Positions 56,931-64,000 of a stretch of 64,000 nt of DNA are shown here, piece by piece. The DNA comes from Gemmatimonadota bacterium (lineage in GTDB: Bacteria > Gemmatimonadota > Gemmatimonadetes > Longimicrobiales > Gaopeijiaceae). The stretch is from assembly GCA_009841165.1 (NCBI GenBank), contig VXMI01000066.1:3388-67387 (forward strand), given 5' to 3'. Every line of letters begins with the position of its first letter. The stretch's first letter is position 1. A program made the translations under genes and the position numbers. Below the pieces are notes generated by a model. It made no database searches. It worked only from the letters and a program-made list of their open reading frames with translations, and was not told the DNA's origin.

Positions 56931-59900
56931 TCAGCTGATCGTGCGCCTCCAGTTCGTTATGATCTTCGGTGCGTCCTCCAGGAGATCGTTGAGGTCGGCG
57001 ATCACGCCGTTCACGATGCCGGAGAGTTCCTGCGCCCGCTGAGCGGCCCCAGCCTCGATCTCGGTGAGCACCTCCATCTGTCCGACCGTCGGCCGCGCCT
57101 GCGGGCCCGAGACGGCACGGGAGATGTTCCGAAGCTGCTCGATCAGACGGGGCCAGTCGCGGTAGCTCATCGATCCCGGCGGACGGCGGACTTCGGCCGA
57201 CACGGCCGTCAGCTGACCCTGCGCGTCGCCAGCGACGGCCCTCACCTCTTCCTCGTTGGCCAGATCCTTGCCCTCGATGGACTCCAGCAGCCCGTCGATC
57301 TGGCCGTTCAGGTCGTTGATGGTGCCCATCATCTGGTTGAGCTGCGTCTCCAGGTCGCGCGCACGCATGGCCGCGGCGAAGCGATCCTCGTACACGGCCT
57401 GCGACGCCGCCACGTTCGGATCACCGCGGAGCTCGAAGTCCTTCGACAGCTCCTGGTCGCCCAGATCGACCGTTGCCGTGTAGGTGCCCGGCACGGCGGG
57501 CGGACCCGTGGAGCCGAAGAAGAAGAAGAAGAACCCGCCACCCGGAGGACCCTCTCCAGGGACCGGCTCCGCGCCGGTCCAGCGGAGGTCCCAGATCGCG
57601 CGGTTCACGCCCGGCTTGATATCGCGGTGCTGGAATTCGCGCACGAGCACGCCGTCGCTGTCGGTGATGCGCACGTCGACCGAGTTGCCCGCGGCCTCGG
57701 CGGCCTCATCCGAGAGATGGAAGTGGATCCATGCGCCGGGATCGGGGTTCTCGCCGGCGAAGCGGCTCTGGCCGAAGTTGCTGGTGCGGCCCCACATCTC
57801 CCACTCGGTCGCCATGCGGATGTCGAAGAGATGGGCGTCCTGGCCGATCGCCTCGGTCAGCTCGACCATCGGCTGAATGTCGTCCAGGATGAACGCGCCG
57901 CGCCCGTGGGTGCCGATGACAAGGTCGTTGTACTGGCGCTGGATCTTCACTCCCCGCACCGACACGCGCGGAAGGTTGCCGCGGATGTCCACCCACGTGT
58001 CCCCACGGTCCCAGGAGGCGAAGATGCCCCGCTCCATACCGACGAAGAGCAGGTTGGGGTTGGCGGGGTGCTGCCGGACGACCTTCACGTAGTCGTCCTG
58101 GGGGAGCCCGGCGGAGATGTCGCGCCACGACTGTCCGTAGTCGCGCGTCTCGTAGAGGTGCGGGGTGAAGTCGTCAAGGCGGTGGTTGTCGACGGCCATG
58201 TACGCGGCCCCGGCGTCCGTGGGCGATGCCTCGATGTTGCCGATCCACGTCTCGGCGGGCAGACCCGGCACGCGGTCGCGCACGTTCGTCCATGTCGCGC
58301 CGTTGTCGCGGGTGATCTGCACGTTGCCGTCGTCGGTGCCGACCCAGATCACGCCCGGCTCGAACTCGTCCTCGGCGATCGTGAGGATCGTGGTGTGGAA
58401 TTCGGCGGCCGTGTTGTCCAGGTAGACCTCGCCGCCGGAATCGAGCTGCTTCTCCGGGTCGTTCGTGGTGAGGTCGGGGCTGATCACGTCCCACGAGTGG
58501 CCGTAGTCGTTGCTGCGGAAGACGACGTTGCCGCCCCAGTACACCGTGCCCGGGTCGTGCGGTGAGATGACGATCGGCGCATCCCAGTTGAAGCGGTAGC
58601 GCGCCTGGAACATGCCCTGCCCCTGCGAGCCGATCATCAGCGGCCACGGCTCGATCGACCGCATCTGCCCCGAGTTGATGTCGGTGATGCGGAAGTAGCC
58701 GCCCTGCGCGTTCGAGTAGATCAGGTTCGGCTGACCCGGCACCGGCACGGTGTAGAAGCCGTCGCCGCCGGATACCGTGTAGAAGTAGCCGGGCAGGATG
58801 CCGCGGCGGTCGTTGAGCCGGCTCGGGCCGCACCAGTTGCCGTTGTCCTGCAGCCCGCCGCAGACGTAGTAGGGATCGCGGTCGTCCACGAAGATGTGGT
58901 AGTACTGCGCGAGGCTGAAGTTGCGGAAGATGTGGAAGTTGGCGCCTCCGTCGTACGACACCTGCATGCCGCCGTCCGAGCCCGAGAGGATCCGCTCACC
59001 GTCTTCCGGGTCGATCCAGTACGCCTGGTGGTCGCCGTGCACGTCGTTGGCGATGCGCTCGAACGTGCGGCCCCCGTCGGTCGATTTCGCCAGCGCGCCC
59101 GACAGCGTGTACAGCGTCTCGTGGTCGGACGGGTCGGCATAGACGTCGGAGTAGTAGAACGGTCGGAAGTTGATGAGGTTCTTGTCGTCGTTGACCATCG
59201 TCCACGTCTCGCCGTAGTCGTCGGACATGAAGAGGGTGCCCGCGGTGGGATACTCGGTGATCAGGTAGACGATGTTCGGGCGCGACTGAGCCACGCTGAC
59301 TCCGATGCGCGCCATGGGCTCGTCCGGCGTGGTCGTGATTTTCTTCCACGAGACGCCGCCGTCGCGCGAGACGTAGAGCGCGGTCTCCCTGCCTCCGTCG
59401 TCGAAGCGCCACGGCTTGCGGCGGAAGGTCCACATGCCCGCGTAGACGTTCCGGGGGTTGGTCAGGTCGATATCCATGTCCGAGCAGCCCGTATCCTCGT
59501 CGATGAAGAGCACGTGCTCCCACGACTGCCCCCCGTCGGTGGTGCGGAAGACGCCACGCTCGCGGTTGGGTCCCCATTCGTGGCCCATGGCGCAGACCAG
59601 CGCCACATCGGGGTCGCGCGGATCGACGACGATGCGCTTGATGCGCTCGCTGTCATCGAGGCCGAGGTGGGTCCAGGTGGCGCCCCCGTCGGTCGAACGG
59701 TACACCCCGTCGCCGTACGAAACCGAGTTGCGCGGGTCCGCCTCGCCCGCGCCGAGCCAGAGGACGTTGTGGTCCGACGGGGCAAGCGTCAGCGCGCCGA
59801 CCGAGTAGGTGTTCTCGTCGTCCCACTGGTGCTCGAACGTCACGCCGCCGTTGGTGGTCTTCCAGACGCCCCCGTTGGCAGCCCCGACCCAGAAGGTACG

Positions 59901-60107
59901 CGGATCACCCGGCACTCCGATGATCGCGGATACGCGTCCGCCCATGTTTACGGGACCGATGTGGCGCCACTCGATGTCGCCGAGGGCAGCCGAGACGGTT
60001 TCGGCGTCCTGGGCCTGGGCCGGGTTGGCCGCGAGCGGGGCGAGGGCTAGCGGGGCGATGAGTGCGAGGGAGAGCGGGAGTGCGCTTTGGGACGACTTCA
60101 TCTTCAT
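56931..60107 (-). CDS. Secreted sortilin/VPS10-like BNR (Asp-box) double beta-propeller protein
   Basis: The signal is MKMKSSQSALPLSLALIAPLALAPLAANPAQAQ. About ten Asp-boxes are present: STDGGATW, TTDGGQSW, SRDGGVSW, SDDYGETW, STDGGRTF, SNDYGHSW, TRDNGATW, TRDYGQSW and others. The ATG at 60107 has GGAG 9 nt upstream. The longer track ORF overlaps the upstream gene. Confidence 0.85.
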   Translation of the reverse strand: MKMKSSQSALPLSLALIAPLALAPLAANPAQAQDAETVSAALGDIEWRHIGPVNMGGRVSAIIGVPGDPRTFWVGAANGGVWKTTNGGVTFEHQWDDENTYSVGALTLAPSDHNVLWLGAGEADPRNSVSYGDGVYRSTDGGATWTHLGLDDSERIKRIVVDPRDPDVALVCAMGHEWGPNRERGVFRTTDGGQSWEHVLFIDEDTGCSDMDIDLTNPRNVYAGMWTFRRKPWRFDDGGRETALYVSRDGGVSWKKITTTPDEPMARIGVSVAQSRPNIVYLITEYPTAGTLFMSDDYGETWTMVNDDKNLINFRPFYYSDVYADPSDHETLYTLSGALAKSTDGGRTFERIANDVHGDHQAYWIDPEDGERILSGSDGGMQVSYDGGANFHIFRNFSLAQYYHIFVDDRDPYYVCGGLQDNGNWCGPSRLNDRRGILPGYFYTVSGGDGFYTVPVPGQPNLIYSNAQGGYFRITDINSGQMRSIEPWPLMIGSQGQGMFQARYRFNWDAPIVISPHDPGTVYWGGNVVFRSNDYGHSWDVISPDLTTNDPEKQLDSGGEVYLDNTAAEFHTTILTIAEDEFEPGVIWVGTDDGNVQITRDNGATWTNVRDRVPGLPAETWIGNIEASPTDAGAAYMAVDNHRLDDFTPHLYETRDYGQSWRDISAGLPQDDYVKVVRQHPANPNLLFVGMERGIFASWDRGDTWVDIRGNLPRVSVRGVKIQRQYNDLVIGTHGRGAFILDDIQPMVELTEAIGQDAHLFDIRMATEWEMWGRTSNFGQSRFAGENPDPGAWIHFHLSDEAAEAAGNSVDVRITDSDGVLVREFQHRDIKPGVNRAIWDLRWTGAEPVPGEGPPGGGFFFFFFGSTGPPAVPGTYTATVDLGDQELSKDFELRGDPNVAASQAVYEDRFAAAMRARDLETQLNQMMGTINDLNGQIDGLLESIEGKDLANEEEVRAVAGDAQGQLTAVSAEVRRPPGSMSYRDWPRLIEQLRNISRAVSGPQARPTVGQMEVLTEIEAGAAQRAQELSGIVNGVIADLNDLLEDAPKIITNWRRTIS
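57516..57533. repeat. Perfect (GAA)6 / (TTC)6 trinucleotide microsatellite inside the BNR gene, encoding FFFFFF
   Basis: The plus strand reads ccGAAGAAGAAGAAGAAGAAccc. The coding strand gives ...PPGGGFFFFFFGSTGPP... Confidence 0.95.
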
Positions 60108-60222
60108 GTCGGGTGCTCCGGGGGTGGCTTCCTGTGGCAGTCGGCAAGCAAGTGGGCGGCCCACACTAATACAAGGGAACTCGTCGCGGCAAAACCTTGC
60201 GGGGCTGGCGTACGGACTCCTC

Positions 60223-63200
60223 CTAGCGCCCACCCCCGGGCTCGTCCTCCACGAACCCCCGGTATCCCAGCTCCCGCTGCCGTGGCCAGACCTCGTCCAG
60301 CGTCTCCGCGTCGAACAGCCGCCCGTTCATCATCACCTGCTCGACCAACACGGTGTTGCGCAGGTCGTCGAGGGGATTGCGCGACAGGATCGCCAGGTCG
60401 GCCAGCTTGCCGGGCTCGATCGAGCCGAGTTCGGTCTCGAGGCCGATGCCGTTCGCGCCGAAGATGGTGGCGGACTTGAGCGCGTCGTGGTTCGACATGC
60501 CGCCCGAGGCGACCATCCACAGCTCCCAGTGGAACCCGAGGCCCTGGAGCTGGCCGTGGCTGCCGACCCCCGCGAAGCCGCCGTCAGCGACCACATCGGC
60601 CAGGAAGCGGGCATGGTCCTCGAAGACGTACTCCTCGTCGATCGCCCACGCGACCGAACCCGCCGCGCCGGCGCGCCGCCGGGTGCGGGAGTCGAGGGTC
60701 TCGCGGGGTGTGAACCGCACCAGGCGCTCGTTGCCGAGAACGTCTTCGGTCGTGAACCAGTAGATCTCGCCCATGGGGCCGCCGAAGGAAACGATCAGCG
60801 TCGGCGTGTTGAGGACTTTCGTCTCCGAGAACAGGCGGACGACATCGTGGTAGAGCGGGTAGACGGGCAGGTTGTGCTCGATGCCCGGGTAGCCGTCCAT
60901 GGCGTGCGTCAGATCGGCCTGGTAGTCGAGTCCGGCTTCGGTCGTCGGCATGAGTTCGAGCTCGCGCGCCGCCATGACGAGCCACTGCCGCTGCTGACGG
61001 TTGCCCGACAGGTACATCTTGAAGGTCTTGGTGTCGTAGTAGTCCGAGTAGCGCCGGAGGACGTCGCGGGCGTGGTCGAGGTCGCGGATGCCCTCCAGGG
61101 CCTGGTAGTTGGCGAAAACCCCCGGGCCGGTGGAGTAGATGCGCGGGCCCAGGATGTCGCCTGACCGCACCCGGTCGGCGTAGGTGAGGACGTCCGAGAC
61201 GCCGGTCTGGGGGTCGCGCGTGGTCGTAACGCCGAAGGCGAGGTTCGCGAGGTAGCCCCACGGCTGCGTGGTGTGGACGCCGGCCGGCGGACGGAGGTGG
61301 GCGTGCGTGTCCACGAAGCCGGGTGTGATGGTCATGCCGGAGACATCGCGGACCTCGGCGCCGTCGGGGACGGTGAGGGAGCCGGACGGGCCCACCGCAG
61401 CGATGCGGTTGCCGTCGATGAGGATGTCGCCCCGTTCGATGACCTCGTCGCCGCGCATGGTGATGACGCGGGCGCCGGAGAGCAGGAGCGTGCCGGTGGG
61501 GAGGTCGCGGGGGACGTCGAGGGCGACACGGACTTCAGTGGGCTGGTAGCGGGCGTCGGAGGAGGAGGACTCGGCAGGGGCGTCGGCTTCGTCGGCCTCA
61601 GCTGCCTCCGCAGCCTCCACGCTGTCCGCAAGGGCCTCTGCGTCGGCCAGGTCGTAGCGGAAGTATGCGTTTCCGAGCGCCCACACCGCCTCCTCGCCAT
61701 CGCTGCTCCACGACTGGAACTCGCCGCCGGACTCGGTGATCCGGATGACCGGAACCGTGGCGCCCGAGGGACTCCGCACCGAGACCGTCGGAGCCTCCGC
61801 GCCCACCTGCGGGACGGTCACGAGGTAGAGGTCGTTGCCGACCTTGGCCAGCGCCCGCCCCCCGGCGGGTGACATCAGAATCGAGGACGCGTTGGCCGGG
61901 GAGCCGCTGCGGTTGGCGGAGAAGCCGGTGACCCTGAGGTGTTCCTTCTCGTCGGTGCCGTCCCAGCGGATCGACACCAGGCCGCGCGCGCCCGCGTGCA
62001 GGTAGATGCGGTCGGGGTGGTCGGTGCGGAAGTGCGGTTGGGAACGGCCCAGCGATTCCGCCACGACCGTCGCCGGGCCTGGAGCGCCGCCATCCGCCCC
62101 GTACCAGACGATGTCGGCCTGGCCACCGCCGCCGGCGCCTTGCAGACGTGCGCGCACCGGCCTCTGCAGCGCCACGATCCGGTCGCCGCCGGGCGACCAT
62201 GCGGGGGATTGCAGATAGCGCGCCGCGTCCGACACGCGCCGGGCGTCGTCGCCATTGGCCGGGATCTCCCAGAGATGGCCACCGTCCGGCTCACGCCAGC
62301 TCACCGCCGCCAGCGACTCGCCGTCGGGCGACCATGCGGGATGGAACAGGGCACCGTCGACCTCCGCGCCGATCCGGCGCGGGACACCCCCATCCGCTTC
62401 CATCACATACAGCTGGCCAAGCGCGGTGAAGGCGATGTCGCTGGCATCCGGCGACAGGGCTACGTCGCGGATCTGGCGCGCGCGGAAGGTGGGCGTGTCC
62501 TCGACCGGGTAGTCGAAGTCGAGGCGCGGGCCCGCGTGGATGACCACGTCGGCGGTGAAGGGGATCTCGGTGGGCTCGCTGCCGGCCGTCTCGCCGGCGT
62601 CCAGCGGCACGCGCCAGAGCCGACCGCCGTAGGAAGCGATCAGCGCGGCGCCGTCGGGCGTGAAAGCGTAGCCGGGGAGCAGGTCGAGCGTCGCGCGGCT
62701 CTCCATGTCGTCGCGCTGCACGGGGTAGACGAGCCAGCGTTCGTTGCCCGTGGCGAGGTCGCGGGCGCGAAGACCTGTGGCGTCCTCGTGGCGGGAACCG
62801 TAGACCAGCGTGGCGCCGTCGGGGGAGATGGCCGGACGGAACCCCGACCCGTACCGGCCTGTGACCGTCGGGCTGCGGCCGGTCTCGCGGTCGTAGCGGA
62901 CGAGTTGGTACTTCGGGAAGGCGGCGTCGTAGGTCCAGTCGCGGGTGCCCTGGGCGAGGTAGATATAGCGGCCGGTGGGATCGAACGCGGCACCGATGGC
63001 CTTGAGCTGCTCGGGCTCGCTGATCAGGGCGATCCCGCTGCCCCCGTCGCGGTGGAAGAGCCACGGCTTCGCGGCGCCGCCGAGCGGGCTGAAAGTGCGG
63101 GACGCGACCAGGTACTGCCCGTCGGGCGACCATTCAGGTGAGGTGTAGAGGTTGTCGTTGCCACGCGTGATCTGGGTCGTGTCGGAGCCGTCGGCGCTGA

Positions 63201-63576
63201 GCACCCACAGGTTCTGGCCGCCGCTCCTGTCCGAGACGAAGACGATTTCGCTTCCGTCGGGGCTGTAGCGCGGCTGGCTCTCGAAGGCGGGGCCGGTGAG
63301 GAGCGGGGTGGCCGTGCCGCCGTCGACGGGGAGGGTGTAGAGGTCGCCGAGGAGGTCGAAGACGAGGGTGGCGCCATCGGGGCTGATGTCCACCGAGATC
63401 CAGGAGCCCTCGCTGGAGGTGAAGCGGATCTCGCGGGTTGGCTCGAGGGGGAGGGAGGCGGTGGCGAGAGAGTCGTTCTGCGCCGAGCCGGCGGCGGCTT
63501 CCTGGGCGTGGGCGAGGGACGCCGGGAGAGACGCGATGGACGCGATGGCGACGAAGGTGAGGACGCGGCTCTTCAT
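60223..63576 (-). CDS. Secreted TolB-like (PD40/WD40-like) beta-propeller protein fused to a C-terminal amidohydrolase domain
   Basis: The signal is MKSRVLTFVAIASIASLPASLAHAQ. Multiple PD40 repeats are present: PRYSPDGSEIVFVSDRSGGQNLWVL, PEWSPDGQYLVASR, PAISPDGATLVYGS, PAWSPDGESLAAVS. The amidohydrolase motifs are ITPGFVDTHAHL...GSHGQLQGL... Confidence 0.85.
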   Translation of the reverse strand: MKSRVLTFVAIASIASLPASLAHAQEAAAGSAQNDSLATASLPLEPTREIRFTSSEGSWISVDISPDGATLVFDLLGDLYTLPVDGGTATPLLTGPAFESQPRYSPDGSEIVFVSDRSGGQNLWVLSADGSDTTQITRGNDNLYTSPEWSPDGQYLVASRTFSPLGGAAKPWLFHRDGGSGIALISEPEQLKAIGAAFDPTGRYIYLAQGTRDWTYDAAFPKYQLVRYDRETGRSPTVTGRYGSGFRPAISPDGATLVYGSRHEDATGLRARDLATGNERWLVYPVQRDDMESRATLDLLPGYAFTPDGAALIASYGGRLWRVPLDAGETAGSEPTEIPFTADVVIHAGPRLDFDYPVEDTPTFRARQIRDVALSPDASDIAFTALGQLYVMEADGGVPRRIGAEVDGALFHPAWSPDGESLAAVSWREPDGGHLWEIPANGDDARRVSDAARYLQSPAWSPGGDRIVALQRPVRARLQGAGGGGQADIVWYGADGGAPGPATVVAESLGRSQPHFRTDHPDRIYLHAGARGLVSIRWDGTDEKEHLRVTGFSANRSGSPANASSILMSPAGGRALAKVGNDLYLVTVPQVGAEAPTVSVRSPSGATVPVIRITESGGEFQSWSSDGEEAVWALGNAYFRYDLADAEALADSVEAAEAAEADEADAPAESSSSDARYQPTEVRVALDVPRDLPTGTLLLSGARVITMRGDEVIERGDILIDGNRIAAVGPSGSLTVPDGAEVRDVSGMTITPGFVDTHAHLRPPAGVHTTQPWGYLANLAFGVTTTRDPQTGVSDVLTYADRVRSGDILGPRIYSTGPGVFANYQALEGIRDLDHARDVLRRYSDYYDTKTFKMYLSGNRQQRQWLVMAARELELMPTTEAGLDYQADLTHAMDGYPGIEHNLPVYPLYHDVVRLFSETKVLNTPTLIVSFGGPMGEIYWFTTEDVLGNERLVRFTPRETLDSRTRRRAGAAGSVAWAIDEEYVFEDHARFLADVVADGGFAGVGSHGQLQGLGFHWELWMVASGGMSNHDALKSATIFGANGIGLETELGSIEPGKLADLAILSRNPLDDLRNTVLVEQVMMNGRLFDAETLDEVWPRQRELGYRGFVEDEPGGGR

Positions 63577-63581
63577 TTCGG

Positions 63582-64000
63582 TTACTCCCCGAGGCTGTGG
63601 CGCCGACGCCGTTCCGGCACGCTAGGCACCGTCTCGAACCTGGCCTGAGAAAAATGGCGATCGGTGGTCAGGGCCTTGTCCAGGCCCAGTTCATGCATCA
63701 CGACGAAGCTCGTGCAGTCTGTAAACGAGAAGTCCTTGTCGGTCCACTCGAAGAAGCGCGTCCGGGCCTTCTCGGCCCGCGAGGCATCGATGCGTTCCCA
63801 GCGTATCCGGGAACTGGCGTCGATCTGGGCCCACCATTCGGCGGCCGCGCGCAACCCCAGCCGCACCCGAATTAGCGTCAGCACCTCGTCGATCACATAG
63901 TCTGTCGAGACCAGGATCCCCCCGCCCTCCAGGCACGCGTCGCGTTCCCGACGGCTGGCCTCGTGCGCCGGATCAGCGGCGTCGGCCATCGCCGTCCAGC
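63582..64000 (-). CDS. PIN-domain (VapC-like) protein; 5' end probably beyond the window
   Basis: ...DPAHEASRRERDACLEGGGILVSTDYVIDEVLTLI...FSFTDCTSFVVMHELGLDKALTTDRHFSQARF is the PIN C-terminal TD.HF motif. The reading frame stays open upstream of the listed ATG (63989) to base 64000 (..WTAMADAADPAHE). Confidence 0.7.
   Translation of the reverse strand, partial: WTAMADAADPAHEASRRERDACLEGGGILVSTDYVIDEVLTLIRVRLGLRAAAEWWAQIDASSRIRWERIDASRAEKARTRFFEWTDKDFSFTDCTSFVVMHELGLDKALTTDRHFSQARFETVPSVPERRRRHSLGE

Noticed and set aside
1-64000. CRISPR arrays, tRNA or rRNA genes, insertion sequences, integrases, prophage or defence-island signatures.
   Set aside because: No intergenic region exceeds about 330 nt and none contains spaced direct repeats. 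No transposase, integrase, recombinase or phage-like ORFs were recognised. This check was done by eye only, not by tRNAscan or CM search.

Overview
The window is GC-rich (exact value not computed) and densely coding, and it looks like bacterial chromosomal core. I support about 50 protein genes, roughly three quarters of them on the minus strand. I found no rRNA, tRNA, CRISPR array, transposase or integrase; the largest non-coding gap is about 330 nt.

Main blocks in order:
- 1-4.5 kb: a beta-amino-acid / methylmalonate-semialdehyde catabolic operon (mmsA, class-III aminotransferase, small membrane protein, Na+/solute symporter).
- 4.5-10.2 kb: EVE-domain protein, M23 peptidase, pckA, maeB.
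- 10.5-17 kb: Omp85-type outer-membrane protein, a short sigma-70, ssb, polA, csp.
- 17-22.5 kb: a putative ABC exporter whose ATPase gene looks broken, an Slt-type lytic transglycosylase, and an orphan ExbB/TolQ channel.
- 22.7-27.7 kb: lplA, an MBL-fold hydrolase, gcvP, gcvH.
- 27.9-31.3 kb: acyl-CoA dehydrogenase, tatA, MFS transporter, trmJ-like methyltransferase.
- 31.3-38.7 kb: a complete Alternative Complex III operon, actABCDEF.
- 38.9-42.8 kb: hypothetical protein plus class-I glutamine amidotransferase, NatAB-like ABC pair, orphan AbrB/SpoVT-type gene.
- 42.8-52.5 kb: the least ordinary part. A LuxE/LuxC-type fatty-acid reductase pair shares an operon with an exported D-aminoacylase. 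It sits divergent from two more exported D-aminoacylase paralogs, a YpdA-type flavoprotein and a lipoprotein.
- 52.5-64 kb: thrS, two convergent beta-propeller lipoproteins, a sortilin/BNR protein, a TolB-propeller-amidohydrolase fusion, and a PIN-domain gene cut by the window edge.

The gene content (ACIII, a short sigma resembling the Bacteroidota primary sigma, many exported amidohydrolases and propellers) suggests an FCB-group lineage such as Gemmatimonadota. That is inference only. Many long ORFs in the supplied track are GC-driven shadow frames and were rejected. Several true starts are internal to the longest ORF and were re-derived from SD motifs, signal peptides and stop/start overlaps.
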